A DNA stretch of 64,000 nt from Candidatus Poribacteria bacterium. Its GTDB lineage: Bacteria > Poribacteria > WGA-4E > WGA-3G. The position numbers were made by a program, and so were the translations under genes. Positions 37,527 to 47,001 of this stretch are shown here, piece by piece (positions within the stretch are counted from its first letter, which is position 1; each line of letters opens with the position of its first letter). The stretch spans positions 2,048,001 to 2,112,000 of the forward strand of contig OZ219753.1 in the NCBI GenBank assembly GCA_964291315.2, read 5' to 3'. The notes beneath the pieces were generated by a model that was not told where the DNA came from, searched no databases, and saw only the letters and a list, made by a program, of their open reading frames with translations.

Positions 37527-38780
37527 CTAGTCTTTAGCTGAATTGGTGGTCCGCGAGATATTCAGCAGTATACCGACACTTATCAAGCTGGTAACGATTG
37601 ATGAACCCCCATAACTGATAAAAGGCAGCGTAATACCTTTTGTCGGTAGTAGACCTGTCACAACACCGATGTTGATGAACGCTTGTAAACCGATCAAAAT
37701 TGTAATGCCAGCAGTAAGTAGAGACGCAAAGAGATCATTTGCGCGTCGCGCGATATGCATCCCACGCCATATAAATAACATGAAGAGAAGCGTTACAGTT
37801 ACTGCCCCAATGAATCCGAATTCTTCCCCTAACACAGCGAAAATAAAATCTGTGTGTGGGTATGGAAGGCGCGATATTTTTTGGAGGCTGCTGTCAATTC
37901 CTGCCCCGAGGACTCCGCCTCCTTCAAGTGCATCAAGCGATCGGGTTAGCTGATAATTTGCGGCATCTGGGGACTTCAACATAGCGAAATAGTCCAAGAA
38001 TCGCTTGAGCCTATAGGGATCCCGAATTATAAGGACGCTGAGAATCCCGCCGCCTACACCTGCAAGTGCAAGTGTATGTAAAATACGGATCCCGCCGATA
38101 AATAGAACAGCACAGACAGTTATGGCCAACAAAAAAGCAGAACCGAAATCAGGTTGGCTTGCAACTAATCCGAAGGCAGCCCCAACAATCAACATATTAG
38201 GCAGGATGCCATTAAAGAAACTTTTGACGCGCTCCGGGTCCCGGCTTATGAAATGTGCTACATGGATGACCAAGGCTACTTTGGCAAATTCAACGGGTTG
38301 GCAATTGACACCTAAGGGCCCGAGACGTATCCAACGGTTAAATCTCCCTCCGTCTGCACCTTGCACGCTTGCCCCCAAGCCTGGCACGAAAACCAATAGC
38401 AGCCCTACAAAGGAGAGTATTAAAAAAAGATTGGCATGTTTTGCATAAATTCTATAAGGTAAATAGGAAGTTACAAACATCCCCGTTAAACCAATCAGGC
38501 AAGCGATAATATGCCTCTGCAAATATTGGTAACTGTAACCATCATAGTGTCTTGAAGAAAGGAGATGGCTTGAGCTGTAAACCATCAAGATACCAACAGC
38601 AATAAGACAGAGGGTGAGTGCAATTATACCTCGATCCATTCGGCCGGGTATCGGGTTTGTAGTATTTTCCGCTACCCATCTCTGTTTTTTTTCCACAATA
38701 TTATAGGAGCTTGTGTTGTTCCAATAATTACGCGTGGACTTATTAGATGTGGATCTCTGCTTATTACGGTTGAATGCCAT
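37527..38780 (-). CDS. ftsW: Peptidoglycan polymerase FtsW
   Basis: RWI.LG, QPVEFAK, QPDFG, PHTDFIF, LPTKGITLPFISYGGSS. Confidence 0.95.
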   Translation of the reverse strand: MAFNRNKQRSTSNKSTRNYWNNTSSYNIVEKKQRWVAENTTNPIPGRMDRGIIALTLCLIAVGILMVYSSSHLLSSRHYDGYSYQYLQRHIIACLIGLTGMFVTSYLPYRIYAKHANLFLILSFVGLLLVFVPGLGASVQGADGGRFNRWIRLGPLGVNCQPVEFAKVALVIHVAHFISRDPERVKSFFNGILPNMLIVGAAFGLVASQPDFGSAFLLAITVCAVLFIGGIRILHTLALAGVGGGILSVLIIRDPYRLKRFLDYFAMLKSPDAANYQLTRSLDALEGGGVLGAGIDSSLQKISRLPYPHTDFIFAVLGEEFGFIGAVTVTLLFMLFIWRGMHIARRANDLFASLLTAGITILIGLQAFINIGVVTGLLPTKGITLPFISYGGSSIVTSLISVGILLNISRTTNSAKD

Positions 38781-38811
38781 TATCTCGTTTTTTAACCTCT
38801 AATTTAGAGCG

Positions 38812-40212
38812 TTAAAGTGCTTGAACCGCCTCTTTAAAGGCCGTCCCTCGCGCTTTATAATCAGTGTACATATCAAAGCTTGCATTGGCAGGTGATAAAA
38901 GAACGGTGTCGCCGTCTGAGGCATGTTTGTAGGCGATTTGCACGGCTTCCTCCATTGTTTCGGCCTTCATAATATCTGTTGCACTGGCAAGAGTTTTCTC
39001 GATTTGTTGTGTGTATGCCCCAAGCAGCACAGCTGCTTTAACACGCTTGCGAACGATCTCCGATAGCGGTGTATAGTCGTTTCCTTTGTCATAACCGCCC
39101 ATTATCAGCACAACCTGCTTCTGTATGGATTCAAGTGCTGCTTTAACCGCGGCTACGTTTGTCGCTTTGGAATCGTTCATGAATAAAATGCCGTTTACGG
39201 TTCCGACTGGCTCAAAAGCGTGTGCTAAGGCGGGATGCGCCTTATCAAAATTTCGGAGTGCGGCTTGAATTTGGGTCCCTGTCACCCCTAAGATTTGCCC
39301 TACAGCAGCTGCAGCAAGGGTGTTCAGTACGTTGTGTGCCCCCGGCAGTGGAATCTCCGCCACATCACAAATTTGTTCGCGCTGCTCATTGCACTGGGCG
39401 AAAAGCTTTGAACCATTTTTAAAAGTGCCTGAAAACGCGATACCTTCCCCTACGCCTTTGTCTGTAAAATAGAGAACCTTCGCGGCTGTGGATGCAGCAA
39501 AATCCTTGGCGGAAGCATCCGAAGCATTGAGGATCGTCCAATCGTCTGCGGTCTGATTGACAGAAATTTTTTGCTTTGCCTCTCGATAAGCGGACATTGT
39601 CCGGTGTCTATCCAAATGGTCGCGTGAAAAATTAAGCACAACACTCACGACTGGATGGAAAGTGACAGTGCTTTCTAACTGAAAGCTGCTCGCCTCAACG
39701 ATGACGATGTCTCGGTGTGTAAGATTCTGAACTTCTGCTGCTAAGGGGACACCGATATTTCCTGCGACACAGACGTTCGGGAACCTTCCGTTCTCTTTCA
39801 ATATCGCCGCTGTGAGCAGCGTTGTCGTGGATTTACCTTTCGTTCCAGTGATAGCGACGATAGGTGCTAGACACATTCTTGCAGAAATTTCCAATTCCGA
39901 GAAAATAGGGATCCGCTGCCCTGAGGCTTCACACAGAATCGGAATGTCGAGTGGCACCCCTGGAGAGACAACTACGAAATCAGCGTCAGCGATACATTCC
40001 CTTGGATGTCCTCCAAGATACTTTCGGATTTCGATGGGTACAGAGAAGTCATTAAGTTCAGCAATTTCGACAGATAAGGCTTCAGCTGTGCGCTTATCTG
40101 TAAGGGTGACAATTGCACCTTGTGTGTGTAATAGTTTCGCAGCGGCGACACCGCTTCGATTTAAGCCAAAGACTGTAACACGTTTCTGTTGCAATTGCAT
40201 TTTTGGCTCCAT
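38812..40212 (-). CDS. murD: UDP-MurNAc-L-Ala--D-Glu ligase
   Basis: VSPGVP, ITGTKGKSTT, GNIG, E.SSFQL, DHLDRH, NDSKATN, LSPA.ASFD. Confidence 0.97.
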   Translation of the reverse strand: MEPKMQLQQKRVTVFGLNRSGVAAAKLLHTQGAIVTLTDKRTAEALSVEIAELNDFSVPIEIRKYLGGHPRECIADADFVVVSPGVPLDIPILCEASGQRIPIFSELEISARMCLAPIVAITGTKGKSTTTLLTAAILKENGRFPNVCVAGNIGVPLAAEVQNLTHRDIVIVEASSFQLESTVTFHPVVSVVLNFSRDHLDRHRTMSAYREAKQKISVNQTADDWTILNASDASAKDFAASTAAKVLYFTDKGVGEGIAFSGTFKNGSKLFAQCNEQREQICDVAEIPLPGAHNVLNTLAAAAVGQILGVTGTQIQAALRNFDKAHPALAHAFEPVGTVNGILFMNDSKATNVAAVKAALESIQKQVVLIMGGYDKGNDYTPLSEIVRKRVKAAVLLGAYTQQIEKTLASATDIMKAETMEEAVQIAYKHASDGDTVLLSPANASFDMYTDYKARGTAFKEAVQAL

Positions 40213-40284
40213 GACCCAGCGAGTCTATTTCTTTCGACGAAATCGTAACATATAGTAAGGCGAACTCAGTATAAAACCGTTGTT

Positions 40285-41403
40285 TTACCTGAGTTTCAAG
40301 GTACTTAAAGCTATCAAGAACAAGATAAAACCCATAATCCAAAAACGGATAACGACCTTAGACTCTTTCCACCCTGATAACAAGAAGTGGTAATGGATTG
40401 GGGACATTTTGAACACCCGTTTGCCAAATGTGCGGAACGACCAGACCTGAATAATAACCGATAGCGCTTCGGTGACAAAGATAGCACCTACTATTAGGAG
40501 CAGAAATTCTTGCTTTATAAGCACCGCGACTGTTCCGAGTGTTGCTCCGAGTGCTAAGGACCCGGTATCTCCCATAAAGACTTGGGCCGGATGCCCATTA
40601 TACCACAAAAATCCTAAGCCTGCGCCTACCAAGGCTGCACAGAAAACTGCTGTAACTTCCCCGCTGACGGGTAGATGGAAGATATCCAGATACGTTGCAA
40701 TTTCGCTGTGGCTTGTCATATATCCTACAATGCCGAGCGTCCCTGCGACGAAGAGTGTGCATCCAATTGCTAACCCATCCATGCCATCTGTCAGATTAAC
40801 AGCGTTCGATGTCCCGACTATCACCAATGTTGCGAAAGGGATGAACAGCACCCCTAAATCGGGCTGTATCTCTTTGAAAAACGGTAGACTCAGAGAAGAA
40901 CGTGTTACGAGATCTCCGCCGTGAGCGGTTCCCCAGTGGTAAAGATATATCGCGATTGCCAGCGCCCCAAAGGTTTGGAGTCCAATTTTATGCCATCCGC
41001 GAAGTCCCAACGACTGTTGTTTTACGAGCTTGTTATAATCATCTAGGAAACCAAGTCCGCCAAACCAGAGCGTTGTCAATACCATCAGATAGATATAGGG
41101 CTGATCTAAACGTGACCAGAAGAGTACTGATATTAGGACGGACACGATAATGAGAACGCCGCCCATTGTCGGTATACCTGCTTTGTTCTGATTTTCGGTA
41201 TTCTGCTGGGCCTCTGCCACCTCCTCCTGAATATGCTCTCCGATGCACAGCTGCTTCAACCTTTGTATCATAAAAGGGCCTAAAGCGAGGGAAATCAGAA
41301 GTGCAGTTGCTGTTGCATAAATTGCGCGGAAACTAATATAACGAAAGATATTGAAAGGTGAAAAAATTTCAATCAGATTCTCGAAAAAGAGATGATAAAA
41401 CAT
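40285..41403 (-). CDS. mraY: Phospho-N-acetylmuramoyl-pentapeptide transferase
   Basis: PTMGG, GFLDD, SNAVNLTDGMDGLA, FMGDTGSL, SPIHYHF. Confidence 0.97.
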   Translation of the reverse strand: MFYHLFFENLIEIFSPFNIFRYISFRAIYATATALLISLALGPFMIQRLKQLCIGEHIQEEVAEAQQNTENQNKAGIPTMGGVLIIVSVLISVLFWSRLDQPYIYLMVLTTLWFGGLGFLDDYNKLVKQQSLGLRGWHKIGLQTFGALAIAIYLYHWGTAHGGDLVTRSSLSLPFFKEIQPDLGVLFIPFATLVIVGTSNAVNLTDGMDGLAIGCTLFVAGTLGIVGYMTSHSEIATYLDIFHLPVSGEVTAVFCAALVGAGLGFLWYNGHPAQVFMGDTGSLALGATLGTVAVLIKQEFLLLIVGAIFVTEALSVIIQVWSFRTFGKRVFKMSPIHYHFLLSGWKESKVVIRFWIMGFILFLIALSTLKLR

Positions 41404-41546
41404 ATCTTGTATAGCTTCCGTGCAAATAAATTTAGTTGATTCGCGCCCTGTTTAAGCTCGCCTCCGGCATTCGACTGGATTCGGATTACAAACATCTTGA
41501 AGCTGCTTCCAAGAAACCGCTATACACAGCATATCTTACACCCGTC

Positions 41547-42752
41547 TTACACTGTGCCTCCAAGTTTGTCACCCCTTTTCAATTTAGCGAGACTCGCGCC
41601 TGCTTGGCTTAGAAGATTCGTTGTATAGGTGTAGGTTAATGCATTTTTGTGGGCATGTGCCTTAAAAGCTAAATCAATAAGTGTCGATACAAGTTCCGGA
41701 AATCCTATGTCTTGATGGTGCCACAAGTAGGAACTGTAAGAGCCTGGGATTGTATTAATTTCATTCACGTAAACGTTATGTTCTGCATCTACGAGGAAAT
41801 CAATACGCGCGACCCCGGCACAATCTAAAGTCTGAAAGGCGCGGACAGCGAGTGTTTGTATATGTAACGCTAATTCATCCGAAATGGGTGCAGGAATTTT
41901 GCGATCAGCACCTGCCATTCCAGAATTCTCGTCTTCTTGATGAATGTACTTATCATCAAAACTCAGAAAATTAGTCTGGGTCACGGGTTGCTCACAAACA
42001 GAGGGAATGGGGGTATCTATTCCCATAACAGCACAATTGATTTCGAGTGGTTTCTGCACGGCTTTTTCGACCAAGATTCTACGTGAGTACTGTCCTGCAA
42101 CTTCGGCAGCGGTACAGAGTTCTGTCTGATTTTTAACATAACTGACTCCGATACTTGAGCCACTCATTGCTGGTTTGACAAAGAGGGGGTAGGATAGTAC
42201 AGCGTTTACTTCTTTGAGAATGTCGTCACGCCGTGTATTCCAATCGTGTTGTTTCCAATACACATAAGGTAGGACAGGCATGCTGTTCTGACTCAGGATC
42301 GCCTTCATCATAATTTTATCCATACCGACAGCAGATCCGACGACTCCGGCACCAATGTAAGGTAGATTCATGAGTTCTAGTAACCCTTGGAGTGTGCCGT
42401 CTTCCCCATGCATGCCGTGTATCGCTGGAAAGACAACATCTACAGGGAGCGCGGTTCTTTTCTGAATATCCCGGCCCATCCAGTGTTTACTAGTGATAAC
42501 GAATTGTGGCTCAGGATAAAATTGGACGCTAATTTTGTCAAAATCGGAAGGATGCGGCAGTGTTCCGTCAGTAAAGGCGGACAAGTCGCGCAGGGCATCG
42601 CCGGTTAACCATTCCCCGTTCTTTGTGACGTAAATTGGGACGACATGGTAATTTCCTTCTAGAGCGAGGTAAACCTGATGTGCAGTTACGATTGAGACTT
42701 CATGCTCAGGTGTACATCCACCAAATATGAGAGCTACATTGTGTTTCGACAT
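41547..42752 (-). CDS. ddl: D-alanine--D-alanine ligase
   Basis: FGG...EHEVS, HG..GEDG.LQG, FVKP..GSSIG, omega loop DDKY, NEINTIPG. Confidence 0.93.
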   Translation of the reverse strand: MSKHNVALIFGGCTPEHEVSIVTAHQVYLALEGNYHVVPIYVTKNGEWLTGDALRDLSAFTDGTLPHPSDFDKISVQFYPEPQFVITSKHWMGRDIQKRTALPVDVVFPAIHGMHGEDGTLQGLLELMNLPYIGAGVVGSAVGMDKIMMKAILSQNSMPVLPYVYWKQHDWNTRRDDILKEVNAVLSYPLFVKPAMSGSSIGVSYVKNQTELCTAAEVAGQYSRRILVEKAVQKPLEINCAVMGIDTPIPSVCEQPVTQTNFLSFDDKYIHQEDENSGMAGADRKIPAPISDELALHIQTLAVRAFQTLDCAGVARIDFLVDAEHNVYVNEINTIPGSYSSYLWHHQDIGFPELVSTLIDLAFKAHAHKNALTYTYTTNLLSQAGASLAKLKRGDKLGGTV

Positions 42753-42859
42753 TTTTTTTTAGGGATTAAAGCTCGTCATCGCTCCATTAAGTTTTGTGGC
42801 GTACTCGCCCATAAGGGATTCGCTTCACAGTGATTTCCGGATGGTTGAAAACGCCAATA

Positions 42860-44527
42860 TTAGGAAGCGACTCTTTCTTCATTATAGTTGTCGGGGAGAT
42901 CGTTTTCAAACAAGACGACATCTCCCGGTTGTACACGCGTTGCCAAGTGTTGTTTAACTTCTTCTAAATTGAGTGCAACAATAATCTGCTCGCTCGGATA
43001 TGCAGAGGCTTTCAAACCATCCAAAATCGGTATAGTTCTCGTGGGTCCGACTAGAATGATGAGATCACAGACATCAGCAGCGTGCTCTCCAAGTCTTCTA
43101 TTTTCCTCGTATTCCTTTTTTCCTAGTTCTACCATACCGGGTGTCACCAATACTTTTTTCCCGGCTCCAATCTCAGTGAGAACTTCAAGTGCAGCTTTCG
43201 CGCCAACAGGGTTAGAGTTGAAACTATCGTCAATGATGGTTACGTCACCGGTGCCCATTGTCAATTGTAAGCGATGAGGTACAGGTTCGACATTCGCAAC
43301 TGCTGTTCGGATTTCTTCAAGTGTCATCCCACACTCTATCGCAACTACCATGGCGGCAAGAATATTAGATACATTATGTCTGCCCAAAAGTTGTGTGTGG
43401 ATATCCACTTTGGTAACATCCTGCGTAGCAATGGATGCGTGTACTGTGAAAGCGAGGCCCGCATCGGTGTGTCGAATGTTCGTCGCGATTAGTGGGGCAG
43501 GTTCAGATGCCGAAGTTAGGACAGCTCCTTGTGTCGCGTAGCGCAACACTCGCTTACTGCTTCTTTCCGCTCTATTTGCAAGCTCACTACAGATTTCGTT
43601 GTCACAATTAAAAATCGCGAGCCCGCCGGATGGGAGCGACTCAATGAGTTCATATTTGGTCTTGGCTATATTTTCTATGCTTTTAAAGCGTTCTAAGTGT
43701 TGAGGCCCAACAGCCGTAAGAATACCTATTTGGGGTGAGACTAAGTTGCACAATTCTTGGATATCGCCACGTTTGTAGGCTCCCATTTCGACAATAAATA
43801 TCTCATGCTCAGCAGCAAGTTCTCCACGGATGACTTTACAGATACCCATTGGCGTGTTGTAACTGTCCGGTGTCATCAAGGTGTTAAATTTTTGGGACAA
43901 AATTCGATGCAAAATATACTTTGTACTTGTCTTGCCATAACTTCCGGTAATCCCAATCACTTTCGGACTAAACGTTTTAATCCGCCTTCTAGCGGAAAGA
44001 AGATATGTTTCATTTATTATCCGTTCCAAAGGATAGATAAGAAGGTTGGCGATCGTTAAATTGAGTACACTGACTTCGCTAAAAAGGAAGAGCGCGATAC
44101 GCCAAGGACTGCCCGCTGCTATGAGTGTAATTACGACAGCCAAACCGGCAAGAAGAGTGATTGAAAGTCCGAACACCCGCTTCGCCCGTGCTGTATAAAC
44201 GAGGGGCCTTTTCGCTTCAACTTCTTTTCTACATGTGAGCATATAAATTTGGAACCCACCCCAAACGATAGACAAGACCGGAGAATGCCAAGTGGTCTGA
44301 TACTGCGGATAAAACATAGTGAGAATTAACAAGCCTGCTATGATGAGAATCTCCTTAATCTCAAAGCAATTTCTCAGATGCTGGCACACCCACTTGAGGT
44401 AGCGACTTGTCTTATAGCCGTCAAGTTGGAGTATATGAAGTCCACGGGCAGTTCTGATGACTGCTCTCGCTACACAAGTTAATGTTGCAAGATGGAAAAG
44501 TGTTGTGCTTACTATTTCCAAAGTCAT
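42860..44527 (-). CDS. murF: MurF ligase with N-terminal multi-TM anchor
   Basis: About 170-aa hydrophobic N-terminus (QLDGYK, PLVYTARAKR) then GITGSYGKTSTK, EMGA, DDSFNSNP, TPGMVELG, ENDLPDNY. Confidence 0.9.
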   Translation of the reverse strand: MTLEIVSTTLFHLATLTCVARAVIRTARGLHILQLDGYKTSRYLKWVCQHLRNCFEIKEILIIAGLLILTMFYPQYQTTWHSPVLSIVWGGFQIYMLTCRKEVEAKRPLVYTARAKRVFGLSITLLAGLAVVITLIAAGSPWRIALFLFSEVSVLNLTIANLLIYPLERIINETYLLSARRRIKTFSPKVIGITGSYGKTSTKYILHRILSQKFNTLMTPDSYNTPMGICKVIRGELAAEHEIFIVEMGAYKRGDIQELCNLVSPQIGILTAVGPQHLERFKSIENIAKTKYELIESLPSGGLAIFNCDNEICSELANRAERSSKRVLRYATQGAVLTSASEPAPLIATNIRHTDAGLAFTVHASIATQDVTKVDIHTQLLGRHNVSNILAAMVVAIECGMTLEEIRTAVANVEPVPHRLQLTMGTGDVTIIDDSFNSNPVGAKAALEVLTEIGAGKKVLVTPGMVELGKKEYEENRRLGEHAADVCDLIILVGPTRTIPILDGLKASAYPSEQIIVALNLEEVKQHLATRVQPGDVVLFENDLPDNYNEERVAS

Positions 44528-44570
44528 TTTTATTTTCCTTCTATCCGCTTTATATTCCTAGGGGGCCTAT

Positions 44571-45332
44571 TTATAGATTCGAGATTTTCAGGAAGCTCGC
44601 CACAATCCGGCAGAATTTGGGCAATTGGTCAAGATACGAAAAGTGCCCTGCCTCCTTTAGGACGACCAGCCCGGCGTCAGGTATCTCTTTCTCCATAATC
44701 TGTCCGAATGACACAGGTGTATCCTGATCGTTTTCCCCCCAGACCAATAGCGTGGATGCAGCTATCCGCGGCAAAAGTGGACGTAGGTCTTGATTGACAA
44801 TTTTCACGAGTGTAGCGCGCATGTTTCCAGCCTCTTGATAGTCCTTAGAACCGGTGTGCTGCAACACAGTGTTTGCAAGGTAATTTCCATATTTTCCGAA
44901 TCTGCGAAGCAATTTGCCGATTTTTGCTATGCTTACTCGAAAATAGTATTTCGCGCTTCGGGGTGGCTTAATACCGGCGCTGTCAATAAGGATGAGCTTA
45001 TCCACTTTTTCTGGATACTCGGCTGAGAGTATAATTGAAATTCTACCGCCGAAGGAGTGCCCGATGAGGTGTGCTTTTGGAATGCAAAATTTCTCCAAGA
45101 AAGCTGCAACAAACCGTGCATAGTCGGACGTACTCCATCCGGTTGGGGGCATTTGACTCTTGCCGAACCCGGGTAAATCAAGTGCGTAGACTCTGTGAGA
45201 TTGTACAAGCCATTGAAAAACGGGTTGGAAGCTTGCGGCTTCTCCGCCCCAACCGTGTAGGAGGAGGACTACATCACCTTCACCAGCGACTTGATATGAA
45301 ATATTGAGTCCGTTAATCTCCGTGTTTTGCAT
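44571..45332 (-). CDS. Alpha/beta hydrolase embedded in the dcw cluster
   Basis: LHGWG, DLPGFG, GHSFGG nucleophile elbow, WGEND, AGHF; start ATG 45332 or GTG 45419. Confidence 0.9.
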   Translation of the reverse strand: MQNTEINGLNISYQVAGEGDVVLLLHGWGGEAASFQPVFQWLVQSHRVYALDLPGFGKSQMPPTGWSTSDYARFVAAFLEKFCIPKAHLIGHSFGGRISIILSAEYPEKVDKLILIDSAGIKPPRSAKYYFRVSIAKIGKLLRRFGKYGNYLANTVLQHTGSKDYQEAGNMRATLVKIVNQDLRPLLPRIAASTLLVWGENDQDTPVSFGQIMEKEIPDAGLVVLKEAGHFSYLDQLPKFCRIVASFLKISNL

Positions 45333-45498
45333 GTTTTTTATGATTAAATCTGGCCCGCGTTCGGCTGTGTAAAATTCAGACCAATTGTTCGTTAATGGCT
45401 CATAATTTACGTTTTGCACCCGGGGCTAGTTTTCGGTTGAGTTACGAAATGATTCCCAATTTTCCACATCGCCAAAGGGGGTTTTAACCGATCTTAGA

Positions 45499-47001
45499 TC
45501 AGAAGGAGCTCCCTGCGCAGGCATAATTGTTTAAGATATCTGCAGCTACAACTCTATCGTCAAAAGGAAACCGTTTGCCGCCAATTTCCTGATAATCTTC
45601 ATGCCCTTTGCCAGCAATTACGACGACATCTCCTGATTTTGCTGTAGTGATAGCATGTTGAATGGCCTCACGTCTCTCGGAAATACACACATATTCGACA
45701 TCATGTGGTAAATTTGACACGATTTGCGCGATGATGGCATCAGGGTTCTCAGTACGCGGGTTGTCGGAAGTAATGATGCTATAATCTGCGACTCGGGCTG
45801 AAATAGCCCCCATTTTGGGGCGTTTCCGGCTATCACGATCTCCGCCGCATCCAAAGACAGAAATCAGCTTACGTTCTGTGATACGTTTCGCGGCAGTTAG
45901 AATATTTTCCAATCCATCAGGAGTATGTGCATAATCAACAATAACAGCAAAATTCTGTCCACCGTCTATAAGTTCAAATCTTCCCGGGACGACAGTAGAG
46001 GCAAGCCCCTCCTGAATTGCGGAGGCCGAACAATTGTATCGGATACCCACAGCTATAGCAGCGAGTGCGTTGTAAAGATTATATTCTCCGAGCAGACGAA
46101 GTTCGGCGCGGATGCGCTTCCCTGTTGAAAAGACAGCTGTAAACGCTAGTTGACTACGAGATATTTCAACGTCTTCGGAGTGTAAATCGGCATTGTTGCA
46201 CTGTCCATACGTCAAAGTCTTCGAGTTTTCACAGACTTGAGCGACGCGATCTGTTACGGACAAATCACTATTCAAAACAGCGATGCCTTGTTTTCCGAGC
46301 TGCTCGAAAAGCATTAATTTTGCCTTAAGGTAGGCCTCCATTGTCTGATGGTAATCTAGATGGTCCTGTGTAAAATTGGTAAAGACTGCAGTATCAAAAG
46401 TAAGTCCTGCTAGTCTCTGCAGTGCCAATCCTTGTGAGGAGGTTTCCATCACAACGTATTCGACCCCTTCTTGGGTGAATTGCTTGAAGAGGGCATGAAG
46501 CGCGAAAGCATCAGGAGTTGTGAGAGATGTCGGGAGTTCCTTCTCTACTGCATCGGCGTTCGTATATCGATGGCCGACGGTTCCGATGAGGGCTACCTTC
46601 CGACCGCTTGCTTTGAGTATAGCATATATGAGGTGTGCCGTTGATGTCTTACCGTTTGTGCCGGTAATACCGATGAGTTTAAGATGTTTTGCAGGGTTTC
46701 CATGCCAAGTGCTAGAAAGCAAGGCCAGGGCGCGCCGTCCACTAGGAACTTGAATGTAGGTAAATTGCTTTGTTGGTTTCGTTAAGTCAGCAATAGGGGT
46801 TTCACCGATAACAACTGATGCCCCGCTTCGAATTGCATTTACTATGAAGAGATGACTGTCAACATTGATACCTTGGTAGCAGATAAAAATATTACCAGGT
46901 TTAACTTTTCTGTTGTCACTGACGATACCGGTAACATCGATATCAAGTGCTCCGATAGCGGCTGTGATGTTCAATCCGTGAAGAAGCTCGCGAAGGTTCA
47001 C
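45499..47001 (-). CDS. murE: MurE ligase (meso-DAP type)
   Basis: GITGTNGKTS, TTP, METSS, DHLDYH, DYAHTPD, DNPR specificity motif, AGKGHE. Confidence 0.97.
   Translation of the reverse strand: MNLRELLHGLNITAAIGALDIDVTGIVSDNRKVKPGNIFICYQGINVDSHLFIVNAIRSGASVVIGETPIADLTKPTKQFTYIQVPSGRRALALLSSTWHGNPAKHLKLIGITGTNGKTSTAHLIYAILKASGRKVALIGTVGHRYTNADAVEKELPTSLTTPDAFALHALFKQFTQEGVEYVVMETSSQGLALQRLAGLTFDTAVFTNFTQDHLDYHQTMEAYLKAKLMLFEQLGKQGIAVLNSDLSVTDRVAQVCENSKTLTYGQCNNADLHSEDVEISRSQLAFTAVFSTGKRIRAELRLLGEYNLYNALAAIAVGIRYNCSASAIQEGLASTVVPGRFELIDGGQNFAVIVDYAHTPDGLENILTAAKRITERKLISVFGCGGDRDSRKRPKMGAISARVADYSIITSDNPRTENPDAIIAQIVSNLPHDVEYVCISERREAIQHAITTAKSGDVVVIAGKGHEDYQEIGGKRFPFDDRVVAADILNNYACAGSSF

Noticed and set aside
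41547-42752. Ddl as a vancomycin-resistance-type D-Ala-D-Lac ligase
   Set aside because: Omega loop retains KY and there are no vanH/vanX-like neighbours.
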